Assembly: GCA_017407665.1 (NCBI GenBank)
Contig: JAFQWC010000139.1
Span: 7,309 to 71,308, forward strand
DNA: 64,000 nt
Direction of reading: 5' to 3'
Origin: Clostridia bacterium
GTDB lineage: Bacteria > Bacillota > Clostridia > Oscillospirales > Acutalibacteraceae
The notes beneath the pieces were generated by a model. That model ran no database searches and was not told the DNA's origin. It was given only the letters and a program-made list of their open reading frames with translations. Within the stretch, counting starts at the first letter, position 1. The number at the start of each line of letters is the position of its first letter. Below, piece after piece: positions 17,653-28,441 of this stretch. The translations under genes were made by a program, and so were the position numbers.

Positions 17653-19611
17653 TTATTCCTTTTTGGATACCGCAGTCGACAGCACGGTGCCGTCTTCCGC
17701 GATCTGACACACGGAGACCTTCACAGGTTCCGGCAGTTCTTTCAGGGTGCACCGCAGTTCCGTATCCGAGACAAACTCGGTCTCCTGCTCCTCGCCGTTG
17801 ATGCGGATCACACTGAACGGCGTGAAGTTCTCGCCCTTGACCACGATGGTTTTCCAGCGCACGGTCGCTTCTTCGAGCACAACATCCTTTGTCCCGAACC
17901 GCATTTTGACGGGCCGGAAGGGATTTTCTCCGCGATACAGGATGCGCTCGCCGTCCATCATATCGTACTGCAGCGTCAGAAGCTCCGTTTCGTACGCGCC
18001 GCTCCAATCGTTCATCTGGTGGAATTTCGTCAGCGTGCCGACGTTCATATCCAGCATACCGAACACCTGACTTGCAAGCTGATACGCTTTCAGGTCCTGA
18101 TCTTCCGTTTCGGTACGCAGATCATAGTTTGCCCAGACCACGTATTCCGTGGTATATGTATTGCCGTCTTCCAGCATTTCGTTTTCGATGCCCAGCGCCG
18201 GCATATGGTCGCCGTACAGAACCAGAACCGTGGGCTCCTCGCGGGCTTCCAGTTTTTGTGCAAGCGTGCACATAAAATTATCCATTTCAGAAAGCTGCGT
18301 GGCGTAATACTCCAGTTCGCCGCGCAGTTCTTCCTCCTCCACACCGGAGACCACCTCGATCTTCGTATCCGCGCCGTCCTCCGGCGCGGGACCGTGCCCC
18401 TGCACCGAAATGGCAAACACAAAGTCGCGTTCCTCGGTGGAATCGAGCGCATCCGTGATGCAGCCCAGAAGGATCTCATCCTTCGCCCAGCCGATCTCCG
18501 TGTACTCCACATCCTGCATATACTCAAGGCTCGTGAAAGTCCCGAAGCCGAGGTTGGGATACGCTTTGTTGCGGTCATAGAACGTCGCTGTATTGTTGTG
18601 AATGGCGTGGGTCGCGTAGCCGATATCCCGGAGATTGTACGCGATGGATTCGCACGGCTCGTCCTGCAGGGTGGTCACGTACGGGTACTCACCGGTTCCA
18701 AACATATGCACATCCATCTGCGTGAGGACTTCAAACTCCGTATTCGCGGTACCGGCACCGACGGAAGGCACCGTGAAAAAGCCGCTCGGGCAGGTATCCT
18801 TCAGATGCCGGAAAAACGGGATCGGATCTTCAGAAAATTCGACGCCCTCCAGATAGTTTACATCAAAGAAGGATTCCAGCTGCACGAAAACGAGATTCGG
18901 CTTTTCGGGGCAGACCTTATCCTCCGCACGGAGCACTTCATTGACCAGCGTCTGCACCCGGCGCGCGGAATAATCCTCCGGCTTATCGATGCCGCGGTCC
19001 ACCACGCTGCGGGAAAACGTATACACAAAACCGTACTGCTCCGTCAGGTTGATGACATCCTTATAGGCGATCTCCCCGGCAAAGCCGCTCTGCAGCGGCA
19101 GCTTCGGCAGGACCAGAACCCCCAGAACCACAATACCGAGGGTGATAGCGCTGCGCACGGGATGCACCGGCGAGCGCGGGCTTTTGAAAATCAGCAGTGC
19201 GAGACCGATCAGCATCAGGACGATCGCCGCGATCACGCCGACAATGGTGCCTATGCTGGCATAAATGCCGATGAACGACCAATCGAGCTGCAGGATGGAG
19301 AACTCGATCGCGGAAAACGGCGACACGCGGTAGCCGAGCAGCAGCATATTCGTGACACCCAGCGCCGCCCATCCGGCGCCGATCAGCACGCCGAGGAACC
19401 ATTTCCGTCTCACAAACAGGCAAAGCGAGATGGTCATCATCAAAAGCAGCACATTCTGCACGAACGCCAGCGGGCGCGCGGAAACATACCCCCAGAATGC
19501 GGACAGGCTTTTTCGGTACATCATCTCGATCGTAATATTGAGCAGCAGCGAGCCCAAAAGGCACACCCAAACTGCCTTGTTATTGACAAAAAAAACCCGA
19601 ATCTTTTTCAC
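17653..19611 (-). CDS. LTA synthase/sulfatase family membrane protein
   Basis: N-terminal TMs, PNLVFVQLESF, GAGTANTEFE, YGDHMP; GTG start after GGAGGGG. Confidence 0.88.
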   Translation of the reverse strand: MKKIRVFFVNNKAVWVCLLGSLLLNITIEMMYRKSLSAFWGYVSARPLAFVQNVLLLMMTISLCLFVRRKWFLGVLIGAGWAALGVTNMLLLGYRVSPFSAIEFSILQLDWSFIGIYASIGTIVGVIAAIVLMLIGLALLIFKSPRSPVHPVRSAITLGIVVLGVLVLPKLPLQSGFAGEIAYKDVINLTEQYGFVYTFSRSVVDRGIDKPEDYSARRVQTLVNEVLRAEDKVCPEKPNLVFVQLESFFDVNYLEGVEFSEDPIPFFRHLKDTCPSGFFTVPSVGAGTANTEFEVLTQMDVHMFGTGEYPYVTTLQDEPCESIAYNLRDIGYATHAIHNNTATFYDRNKAYPNLGFGTFTSLEYMQDVEYTEIGWAKDEILLGCITDALDSTEERDFVFAISVQGHGPAPEDGADTKIEVVSGVEEEELRGELEYYATQLSEMDNFMCTLAQKLEAREEPTVLVLYGDHMPALGIENEMLEDGNTYTTEYVVWANYDLRTETEDQDLKAYQLASQVFGMLDMNVGTLTKFHQMNDWSGAYETELLTLQYDMMDGERILYRGENPFRPVKMRFGTKDVVLEEATVRWKTIVVKGENFTPFSVIRINGEEQETEFVSDTELRCTLKELPEPVKVSVCQIAEDGTVLSTAVSKKE

Positions 19612-19744
19612 GTCATTCCCCTCCGGTCTATACGACGCTCTGAGAGAAAGTATAGTCTTTATGGGACGAAATTTCAATAGCCCCGCAAAAAATGTAAGAT
19701 TTTCTTCATGCAGAAAGCCCCTGCCGAAAAGCAGGGGCCATTTC

Positions 19745-21505
19745 TTACGCAAACTGCGCGTTATAAAGCTGTTTGTAGAAGGTATCGCTGTCCATGAGGC
19801 TGTCATGGGTGCCTCGCTCCACGATCTCACCGTCGCGCACGACGAGGATCATATCCGCATTGCGGATGGTGGACAGGCGGTGCGCGATGACGAAGCAGGT
19901 CTTGTCCGCCATCAGCGTGCGCATCGCGCGCTGGATGTTCTGCTCCGTGCGCGTATCCACGTTGGAGGTTGCTTCGTCAAGGATCAAAAGCGAAGATTCC
20001 AGCAGCATGGCGCGGGCGATCGTCATCAGCTGCTTCTGGCCCTTCGAGATGTTGGAGCCGTCATCGTCGAGCACGGTGTCGTAGCCCTCCGGCAGGGTGA
20101 GAATATAGTCATGGATGCTGCACGCCTTGCAGACGCGCTCCACATCCTCGCGGGTGGCGCTTTCGCTGCCATAGGCGATGTTCTCATACACGGTGCCGTT
20201 AAACAGCCACGTATCCTGCAGCACCATGGAATAGTTGAGGCGCAGACTGCTGCGGGTCAGATTCTGCACGGGGTGGCCGTCCAGCTTGATCTCACCGCTG
20301 TCCACATCATAGAACCGCATGAGCAGGTTGATGATGGTCGTTTTGCCGGCACCCGTGGGGCCGACGATCGCGATCAGCGCGCCCTTCGGCACATGGAGAG
20401 ACAGATCGTGGATGATCTGCCGGTCTTCCGTATAGCCGAAGTTGATGTGCTCGAGGGAGACTTCGCCCTCCACGGCCTTCATATCGATGGCTTCGGCGGC
20501 ATCCACCGGTTCGGGGTCCTCATCCAGCAGGCGGAACACGCGCTCCGCCGCGGAGAATGCGGACTGCAGCTCACCGATGATGTTGGCGATCTCGTTGATC
20601 GGGCCGCTGAAACGGCGGGAATACAGCACGAAGGATGAGATATTTCCGATGGAAATGGCGCCGTTCAGAAACAGGATCGCGCCGAACATACTCACCAGCG
20701 ACATGGACAGGTTGTTCACGAAGTTGACGGAGGGACCCACCATGGCACCGTAGTAATCGGCCTTGTAGTAGGCTTCCACGGTCTCATCGTTCTGCACGTC
20801 CAGCTTTTTGATGGTGTTCTCCTCCTGCCCGTAGGCACGGAGCGTTTTCTGGCCGCTGATCATTTCCTCCACAAAGCCGTTCAGCTCGCCCAGTTTGGCG
20901 GAGCGTCTGCGGAACAGCGGGCGGGTGAAGCTCGTGATCTTCTTCGTCATGATGAAGGTCAGCGGCACGGTGACCACGAAGATCAGAACGAGGATCGGCG
21001 AGATGGAAACCATCATGAACAGAGCACCGCCCACCGTGACGACGCTGGAAAACACCTGTACCACGTCGTGCGACAGGGAGGTATTGATGGTATCGATGTC
21101 ATAGGAAATGCGGCTGAGGATATCACCGGTCTGGTTGTTGTCGAAATAGCCGACCGGCAGCTCTGTGAGCTTATTGAATACGTCGCGGCGCATGGTATTG
21201 ACCACGCGGCGGCTGATGGCGATCATCAAGCGGGACATGACGTAGCCGAGCAAAGAGGAAGCCACATACAGCGCGAGCATCAGCAGGCAGTAGATCCACA
21301 CCTTGTCGAGCTGCACCTTACCCTTGCCCAGTTCCATGGAATCGATGGCGAGGCCGGACATATACGGGCCGACCAGGCCCAGCAGGTTGCCGCCGATGGT
21401 GAGCAGGATGCACAGGAACAAATAGAGCTTGTTCTGCATCAGGTACGGCATCAGGCGGGACAGGATGGCGGTTTTTTCCATTTTTACCTTTTCGGGCTTA
21501 CTCAT
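19745..21505 (-). CDS. ABC exporter, fused TMD-NBD (heterodimer subunit)
   Basis: GPTGAGKT, ISKGQ, LILDEATS. Confidence 0.93.
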   Translation of the reverse strand: MSKPEKVKMEKTAILSRLMPYLMQNKLYLFLCILLTIGGNLLGLVGPYMSGLAIDSMELGKGKVQLDKVWIYCLLMLALYVASSLLGYVMSRLMIAISRRVVNTMRRDVFNKLTELPVGYFDNNQTGDILSRISYDIDTINTSLSHDVVQVFSSVVTVGGALFMMVSISPILVLIFVVTVPLTFIMTKKITSFTRPLFRRRSAKLGELNGFVEEMISGQKTLRAYGQEENTIKKLDVQNDETVEAYYKADYYGAMVGPSVNFVNNLSMSLVSMFGAILFLNGAISIGNISSFVLYSRRFSGPINEIANIIGELQSAFSAAERVFRLLDEDPEPVDAAEAIDMKAVEGEVSLEHINFGYTEDRQIIHDLSLHVPKGALIAIVGPTGAGKTTIINLLMRFYDVDSGEIKLDGHPVQNLTRSSLRLNYSMVLQDTWLFNGTVYENIAYGSESATREDVERVCKACSIHDYILTLPEGYDTVLDDDGSNISKGQKQLMTIARAMLLESSLLILDEATSNVDTRTEQNIQRAMRTLMADKTCFVIAHRLSTIRNADMILVVRDGEIVERGTHDSLMDSDTFYKQLYNAQFA

Positions 21506-23250
21506 TTCTGAACCGCCTCCTTTCCGGTTTCATCGGCACGCCGGTCGCCAATCTGAGAATCACCGATCTCGCGGTACAGCGGGCAGGATGCCATGAGCTC
21601 CTCATGGGTCCCCATGCCGATGACCCGGCCGTTTTCCATAACCAAAATCTTTTCCGCGTGCATGATGGAGCTGACGCGCTGCGCCACAATGATCTTCGTG
21701 GCGTCCGCATAGTGCTTGCGGATCTCCTCACGCAGGCGGGCATCGGTCTTATAGTCAAGCGCACTGGAGGAGTCGTCCAGCACGAGGATCTCCGGATCTC
21801 CGGCCAAGGCGCGGGCGATCAGCAAACGCTGCTTCTGGCCGCCGGAGAGGTTCGCACCCTTGATGGCAACGGGCGCATCGAGGCCGCCCTGCTCTTCGAT
21901 GAACTCGAGCGCCTGTGCGCGGCGGGCAGCTTCCAGCAGTTCTTCATCGGAGAGATTGCGCCCGAGGCGGATGTTCTCGCGGATGGTATCCTTGAAGAGC
22001 GTATCGTTCTGGAACACCACGCCGAATTTGCGGCGCAGATCCACCGTGGCGTAATCGCGGATGTCCACGCCGTCGATCTGGATGGAGCCCTCGGAAATGT
22101 CATAATAGCGCATCAACGCACGGATCACCGTGGATTTGCCGGCACCGGTCGCGCCGATGATGCCCAGCGTCTCGCCGCGTTTGAGGGCGAAGTTCAGGTC
22201 TTTTACGGCAAAGGTGCCGCGCTCGTAGCGGAAGGTGACATTGTCGAACGTGATGTGCGAGGCGTTTTCCGGCAGGAAGCTGAACTTCGGGGCCTCCTCG
22301 AACAGCTCCACCGGGGTATCCAGCACCTCCAGCACACGGGCGGAGGAAGCCGCTGCGCGGGAGAACATATTGAAAATGCGGGTGATGGCCATCATGGCAT
22401 TCATCACGATGGTGAACAGGTTCATAAACGCGATGATCTTGCCGATCTCCGTGGTGCCGTTGTGTACGCGGTAGCCGCCGGCCAGAATGACCGCGACCAC
22501 GCCGGCGTTCAGCACCATGGTCATGATAGGGTTGATGAGCGCCATGGTCGTCTCGGCATGGCGTTCGCGCTGGGTCTGCTCGTCGTTCACTTTCTTGAAG
22601 CGGCGGCGCTCGTAGTCGGATTTGGACAGTGCCTTGATGACGCGCACGCCCACGGCGTTTTCACGCACCACGCGCAGCAGGGCGTCGGAACCGCGCTGCA
22701 CGATCTTGAACAGGCGGATGCCCTTTCTGGAGACGTAGAGCGTCAGACTGCCGAGAATGGGCAGGGTCGCGATCATGATCAGCGTCAGGACCGGGTCGAG
22801 CGTCAGGGTCACGATGATGCCGCCGATCAGAAGGATCGGTGCGCGCACGCCGATGCGCTGGATCATGCCCACGGTCTGGTGCAGCACGTATGTATCACTC
22901 GTCATACGGGAGATGAGGGACGGGATGGAAAGGAGGTCCACCTGCCGCTCGGAAAGATACGAGATCTTCGCGAACAGGTCGTGGCGGATCTGCCGTGTGC
23001 AGTCGCGTGCCACGGAGGACGCCATGCGGTTGGCGGTGATGTTGCCGGCCCAGCCAATCATGGCGCAGAGGATCATCAGAAGGCCCCAGATCACCACCGG
23101 GCGGATCTGCCCGAGGGGAATCAGATCATCGATTATATAGGAAAGGATCCACGGGATGATCAGCTCCACGATGGTGCCGATCACCTTGATGGAAAGCCCG
23201 AGACTCATCCGTGGGATGAAGGGCTTCAGATACACAGCCAGTCTTTTCAC
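21502..23250 (-). CDS. ABC exporter, fused TMD-NBD (degenerate-site subunit)
   Basis: GATGAGKS, LSGGQ, LVLDDSSS, VAQR; start uncertain (23250 or 23265). Confidence 0.92.
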   Translation of the reverse strand: MKRLAVYLKPFIPRMSLGLSIKVIGTIVELIIPWILSYIIDDLIPLGQIRPVVIWGLLMILCAMIGWAGNITANRMASSVARDCTRQIRHDLFAKISYLSERQVDLLSIPSLISRMTSDTYVLHQTVGMIQRIGVRAPILLIGGIIVTLTLDPVLTLIMIATLPILGSLTLYVSRKGIRLFKIVQRGSDALLRVVRENAVGVRVIKALSKSDYERRRFKKVNDEQTQRERHAETTMALINPIMTMVLNAGVVAVILAGGYRVHNGTTEIGKIIAFMNLFTIVMNAMMAITRIFNMFSRAAASSARVLEVLDTPVELFEEAPKFSFLPENASHITFDNVTFRYERGTFAVKDLNFALKRGETLGIIGATGAGKSTVIRALMRYYDISEGSIQIDGVDIRDYATVDLRRKFGVVFQNDTLFKDTIRENIRLGRNLSDEELLEAARRAQALEFIEEQGGLDAPVAIKGANLSGGQKQRLLIARALAGDPEILVLDDSSSALDYKTDARLREEIRKHYADATKIIVAQRVSSIMHAEKILVMENGRVIGMGTHEELMASCPLYREIGDSQIGDRRADETGKEAVQK

Positions 23251-23364
23251 GTCATTTTCCCTCACTTTTCAGCAGAGTTTTTCGCTTCGATACTTGCATA
23301 TGCAACTATTTTACCACGCCCCACCCGGGATTGCAAGGCTAACCCGTCATATTCTGTATAAATC

Positions 23365-23393
23365 TTGACTTTTCTCTTGGTACGCAGTATACT
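23365..23393 (+). promoter_or_regulatory. sigma-A promoter
   Basis: TTGACT-17 bp-TATACT. Confidence 0.7.
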
Positions 23394-23428
23394 GGGTGAA
23401 ATATTTTTCATTAAGGATGGTGAATGCG

Positions 23429-24190
23429 ATGCTGCATACCGACTTTGACCCCTGCAAAACAGCCATTATCAATCCCGCGGATCATTTCCCGCCGAATCCG
23501 GAGATGCCCGAAAATCTCATCGGCGTATTTTCCTACAAAATTGTGGACGAATATGTCAATAAGCTGAACGCCGTGGAGGTGGCCCGTTCGAATACCTGCA
23601 TGGGTCCGCTGCGCATATGGAAATGCAAATGGCCGGACGGCACTGAATTCGCCCTCACCATGATGACCGTGGGCGGCCCGAGTGCCATCAGCATCATGGA
23701 GGAGACCATCCCCATGGGTGTCAAACGCTTTGTGATGCTCGGCTCCTGCGGTGCGCTGGACCACAACATCACCGCCGGGCACATCATCGTGCCGGAAGCC
23801 GCCGTGCGGGACGAAGGCACCTCCTACCACTATCTGCCCGCTGCAGAGGAAGTTGCGCTCGACGCGCGCTGCGTCGATGCCGTCTGCAAGGCGCTCGAAT
23901 CCCTCGACGCCCCCTACGCCCGCACAAAGACATGGACCACCGATGCTTTCTACCGCGAGACCCGCGCCAAAATGGAAAAGCGTCTCCAGCAGGGCTGCGC
24001 CGTGGTGGAGATGGAATGTGCTTCCATGGCCGCGGTCGCACAGTTCCGCGGAGTGGATTTCGCGCAGTTCTTCTGGGCTGCGGATTCCCTTTCCGGCGAA
24101 GTCTGGGATGCCCGCAACCTCTCCGCACTGGGTATGGACGAAAATGCACTGTATATGGAAACGGCTGTACGTGCATTTCGGTACATGTAA
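23429..24190 (+). CDS. Nucleoside (uridine/purine) phosphorylase family protein
   Basis: GSCGAL, AVRDEGTSYHY, WTTDAFYRET, VEME. Confidence 0.88.
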   Translation: MLHTDFDPCKTAIINPADHFPPNPEMPENLIGVFSYKIVDEYVNKLNAVEVARSNTCMGPLRIWKCKWPDGTEFALTMMTVGGPSAISIMEETIPMGVKRFVMLGSCGALDHNITAGHIIVPEAAVRDEGTSYHYLPAAEEVALDARCVDAVCKALESLDAPYARTKTWTTDAFYRETRAKMEKRLQQGCAVVEMECASMAAVAQFRGVDFAQFFWAADSLSGEVWDARNLSALGMDENALYMETAVRAFRYM

Positions 24191-24308
24191 GCGCATAAAA
24201 GTTAACAAAACCTTAAATTTCCCCGTGCGTACTGGAAATGCACGGGGAAATCGTTTATACTCATTTTAGTAGTATGGAAATACTTTGTTTGAGAAAGGAT
24301 GACGGCTT

Positions 24309-24986
24309 ATGAACATGGAAGCCATGACCATCGCGAATCTTTACGACCTGCAGCACACGGCGGCAAAACCGCTGATGGAAAACCTCACCTACCCGTGGGA
24401 AGTGCTGCCGCTGATCGGAGAATTCATCCTCGGGCTGGGCGAGACTTTGTCCCCCGAGGAATACGAGCGCCGCGAGGGCAATGTGTGGATCGCCCGCAGC
24501 GCCAAGCTGTATCCGAACATTTACATCGCCGGGCCCACAATCATCGGGCCGAATACCGAGGTGCGCCCCGGTGCGTTCATCCGCGGCAATGCGCTGATCG
24601 GTGCCGGCTGCGTGGTGGGCAATTCCACGGAAATCAAAAATGCCATTTTGTTTGACGGCGCGCAGGCACCGCATTACAACTACATCGGCGACTCCATCCT
24701 CGGCTATAAGGCGCACACCGGCGCCGGTGCCATCACCTCCAACCTGAAGCAGGATCACTCCGCCGTCAGCATCCTCTTTGACGGCGAGCGCGTGAACACC
24801 GGGATGCGCAAATTCGGCGCGATGCTGGGCGACCACGCCGAGGTGGGCTGCGGCAGCGTGCTGAATCCCGGCACGGTGGTCGGCCGCGGTGCCCGCATTT
24901 ACCCGCTTTCCATGGTGCGCGGTTTCGTGCCCGGTTTCAGCATCTACAAGCACGCCGGAGAAATTGCCGCCATACGCGAAAGCTGA
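24309..24986 (+). CDS. Left-handed beta-helix (GlmU C-terminal-like) acyltransferase
   Basis: Hexapeptide repeats, HYNYIGDSILG, GAGAITSN. Confidence 0.8.
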   Translation: MNMEAMTIANLYDLQHTAAKPLMENLTYPWEVLPLIGEFILGLGETLSPEEYERREGNVWIARSAKLYPNIYIAGPTIIGPNTEVRPGAFIRGNALIGAGCVVGNSTEIKNAILFDGAQAPHYNYIGDSILGYKAHTGAGAITSNLKQDHSAVSILFDGERVNTGMRKFGAMLGDHAEVGCGSVLNPGTVVGRGARIYPLSMVRGFVPGFSIYKHAGEIAAIRES

Positions 24987-25002
24987 AAGGGGCTTTGCCT
25001 AT

Positions 25003-26973
25003 ATGGACACCATTAACGAAATTCTTCTCTGGATCTTAAACTCGCGCTTCAACGCCACGCTGATGCTTCTGATCCGGTTCATCACACCGTTTTTCGCGCT
25101 GTACGTGATCTGGCGCTGCTACACCTCTTTTAAGAAGGGACAGCGCCGCAAAGACCCGGTGATCATTCTGGAGGATGCTTCCACCGGCACAGCGTTCCCG
25201 GTTTTGTACTGGGAAAACTCCATCGGCCGCAGCCGAAGCTGTGATATCCAGATCCCGGATGACTCCGTCTCGCGCGATCACGCCGTGCTGATGCGCCGCG
25301 AGGAGGGCTGGTTTATCTGCGACACCGATTCCCACCTCGGCACAAAGGTGCGGGGCAAAACGATCACCGAGCCCACCTTGGTGCAGATCGGGGATAAGAT
25401 CAAAATCGGCCCCATGACGCTCATCCTGAAAAACACAGCGGATGCCGTCGTCAAAAAACGCCGGATCTTCACCGGCTTCACCCAAAATGCCGCCTCCCCC
25501 TTCCGCCTGATGCTGCTCGTCACGTTGGTGCAGATCTCCATGACGCTGCAGCTGCTCCTCGGCACCGGCAGTTTCCGGAAAGATGCTGTTTGGCCCTTTC
25601 TGGTGCTGTTCTGCGCGGGATGGATCCTCTATTTCTTCTCCCGCCGCATTTTGAAACGTGTCAGCTTTGAAGTGGAAACCGCCGCGCTGCTTCTGAGCAG
25701 CATCGGCATTCTGCTTCTGAGCGGACAAGGTCTCGCTGCCGTAAAAATGCAGCTGATCGGTTTTCTCCTCGGCATCGTGCTGTTCTGCATTCTCGTGTGG
25801 TTCGTCAGCGATCTGGACCGTGTGATGAAAGCCCGCATGTTCATTGCCATTGCCGCGCTGCTGCTGTTTGCCGTGAATCTCGTGCTGGGCACCACGGTGT
25901 ACGGCTCCAAAAACTGGATCATCATCGGCCCGGTGAGTTTTCAGCCCTCCGAGCTAATCAAGATCGCGTTCATCTTTGTGGGCGCCTCCACACTCGACCG
26001 CCTGCAGACCAAGAAGAACCTGACGGTCTTCATTCTCTTTGCCGGCGCGTGCCTTGCCTGCCTGTTTTTGATGCGCGACTTCGGCACAGCGCTCATCTTC
26101 TTCGCGACGTTCCTCATCATCGCGTTCATGCGCTCCGGCAGCTTCCGAACGATTTTCCTGATCCTCGCCGCAGCAGCTTTCGGCGTCTTCCTCATTCTGC
26201 AGTTTCTGCCCTACGTGGCGCAGCGCTTTGCCGGCTGGATGCACGTTTGGGAGCACCCGCAGGACAGCCTCGGCTACCAGCAGGTGCGCACGATGACGTA
26301 CATCGCCAGCGGCGGTCTCGGCGGCATGGGGCTTGGCAACGGCTGCCTCAAATACGTGGCCGCTTCGGACAGCGACCTCGTCTTTGGTATGCTCAGTGAA
26401 GAACAGGGCCTTCTGATGGGCCTGGTGGTACTGTTCGGCCTCGCGCTTTTTGTGCTTTACGCCCGCAGCGATGTCACCCGCAGCCGCTCCACGTTCTATG
26501 CCATCGCCGCGTGTGCGTCTGCCGGCCTGCTTTTGTTCCAGACCTGCCTGAATATTTTCGGCCCGCTGGATATCCTGCCGCTGACCGGCGTGACCCTGCC
26601 GTTCATCAGCTCCGGCGGCTCCAGCATCATCTCGGTCTGGGGGCTGATGGCCTTCATCAAAGCCTCGGACGAGCGCACCTATGCCGCAAAACGCGGCGGA
26701 CGGCGCAGTGCCGCTGCCGCTGCAGATGATATTTACACCGGCCGTTATCCCGATGACCCCAACCAGCCGATGCCCCTCATTCAGCCCACGCCGGTAAGCC
26801 CAGTCAAGCCGAAAACCTCGGGCACGGCTTCTCCCGCGCCGCGCACCGCACGCACCACGGGCACGACCGCATCCCCGCAGACGCGCCGGATGCAGGTACG
26901 CATCCCGGAGGAGGAACTGGCGCCGGACAGGGCCCGGCCCACCCGCAGAAAGGAAGGTGACCCGCGCAGATGA
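25003..26973 (+). CDS. FHA domain fused to FtsW/RodA/SpoVE (SEDS) protein
   Basis: SIGRSRSCD..VSRDH (FHA); FQPSELIK, DFGTA, LPLTGVTLPFISSGGSS (SEDS); Thr/Pro-rich tail. Confidence 0.9.
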   Translation: MDTINEILLWILNSRFNATLMLLIRFITPFFALYVIWRCYTSFKKGQRRKDPVIILEDASTGTAFPVLYWENSIGRSRSCDIQIPDDSVSRDHAVLMRREEGWFICDTDSHLGTKVRGKTITEPTLVQIGDKIKIGPMTLILKNTADAVVKKRRIFTGFTQNAASPFRLMLLVTLVQISMTLQLLLGTGSFRKDAVWPFLVLFCAGWILYFFSRRILKRVSFEVETAALLLSSIGILLLSGQGLAAVKMQLIGFLLGIVLFCILVWFVSDLDRVMKARMFIAIAALLLFAVNLVLGTTVYGSKNWIIIGPVSFQPSELIKIAFIFVGASTLDRLQTKKNLTVFILFAGACLACLFLMRDFGTALIFFATFLIIAFMRSGSFRTIFLILAAAAFGVFLILQFLPYVAQRFAGWMHVWEHPQDSLGYQQVRTMTYIASGGLGGMGLGNGCLKYVAASDSDLVFGMLSEEQGLLMGLVVLFGLALFVLYARSDVTRSRSTFYAIAACASAGLLLFQTCLNIFGPLDILPLTGVTLPFISSGGSSIISVWGLMAFIKASDERTYAAKRGGRRSAAAAADDIYTGRYPDDPNQPMPLIQPTPVSPVKPKTSGTASPAPRTARTTGTTASPQTRRMQVRIPEEELAPDRARPTRRKEGDPRR

Positions 26974-28298
26974 AAACGACCGGCTTTCGCTCCTTTGTCC
27001 TCTACATTCTGCTGTTCGCCTTTCTCGGCGGCATCGGATATTTCCTCTTTAATCTCGTCATGAACGGCGACCGCTGGGTCGCGCAGCCCTATAACGGGCA
27101 TATTTACGCCAGCGGCACTGCCCTGCCCGCCGGCACCATCACCGACCGCACCGGGATGATCCTCGCGGAAAGCACGGACAGCGCCCGCGTTTACGCCGAA
27201 AACGAGAGCGTGCGCCGCTCCCTGCTGCACACAGTGGGCGATTCCAGCGGCTACATCAGCACCTCTGTGCAGGCCGTACACCGTTCTGACCTCATGGGCT
27301 ACAATTTGTTCACCGGCCTCAACCGTACGATCTTCTCCGGGTTCGGCAGCAACCTGCAGCTTTCCATCGATGCCAACGCCAACGCCGCCGCCTACCGCGC
27401 GCTGGAAGGCCGCCGCGGCGCGGTGTTCCTGTTCAACTACAAAACCGGCGAAACGCTGGTGAAAGTCAGTGCGCCCTCGTACGACCCCATGCACGTCCCT
27501 GGGGATCTGCTGGACAACACGGCGTACAGCGGTGTGTTCCTCGATCACACGCTCTCCTCCACCTACACTCCCGGTTCCATCTTTAAGCTTGTTACAGCTG
27601 CCGCCGCGATGGAAGTTTTCCCCGATTGGGAGACCCGCACATACAACTGCTCCCAGTCCTGGACGGTCAACGACAGTGCCGTTACCTGTCTCGACTGGCA
27701 CGGCGACCTCAACATGAAACAGGCCATGGGCCATTCCTGCAACATCTATTTTGCTAAGCTTGCGCTGGATATTGGTGCCGAGCAGCTGCAGGAAACGGCC
27801 GAACGCATGGGTTTTGGAGATCAGTTCCATTTTGATTCCATCACCACCGCCGCCAGCAGCCTCGATCTTTCGACAGCTTCCGACCTGGAGCTCGCCTGGT
27901 CCGGCGTGGGACAGGCCGACGTGATGACGAACCCGTACCACATGGCGCTTCTGATGGGTGCCGTCGCAAACGGCGGCACGGTCACGGAACCGTATCTCAT
28001 CGGCCGCAGCAACGGCACACGGTATGATCTTCTGGACCGCAGTACCGCCGAGGCCTTACACAAGCTGATGCGCAACAACGTGGACTACTATTACGACTAC
28101 AGCCTCTTCGGCGGCTACACCGTCTGCGCGAAGACCGGCACCGCCGAGGTCGGCGGACGGAACCCCAACTGCTGGATGGTCGGTTTCTGCGAAGACACCG
28201 ACGCCCCCTACGCCTTTGCGGTCTGCGTGGAAGACGGCAGCTCCGGTATGTACACGGCCGGCCGCGTCGTTTCCGCCGCTTTGAACGCGCTGTACTGA
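26970..28298 (+). CDS. Class B penicillin-binding protein (PbpA-like)
   Basis: PGSIFK (SxxK), SCN, KTGT; ATGA overlap with the SEDS gene. Confidence 0.92.
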   Translation: MKTTGFRSFVLYILLFAFLGGIGYFLFNLVMNGDRWVAQPYNGHIYASGTALPAGTITDRTGMILAESTDSARVYAENESVRRSLLHTVGDSSGYISTSVQAVHRSDLMGYNLFTGLNRTIFSGFGSNLQLSIDANANAAAYRALEGRRGAVFLFNYKTGETLVKVSAPSYDPMHVPGDLLDNTAYSGVFLDHTLSSTYTPGSIFKLVTAAAAMEVFPDWETRTYNCSQSWTVNDSAVTCLDWHGDLNMKQAMGHSCNIYFAKLALDIGAEQLQETAERMGFGDQFHFDSITTAASSLDLSTASDLELAWSGVGQADVMTNPYHMALLMGAVANGGTVTEPYLIGRSNGTRYDLLDRSTAEALHKLMRNNVDYYYDYSLFGGYTVCAKTGTAEVGGRNPNCWMVGFCEDTDAPYAFAVCVEDGSSGMYTAGRVVSAALNALY

Positions 28299-28441
28299 AC
28301 CACAAATCAAACTATCCGCCGGATGCCCTGTGGGACCCGGCGGACTTTTTGTGCCCAAAACGCAACGAAACCCAGGTTTTACCCCGGGTTTCGTTGCTTG
28401 AAAAAGGAGATTTATGAAAAAGACTCGTACTCAAAAGGAAA

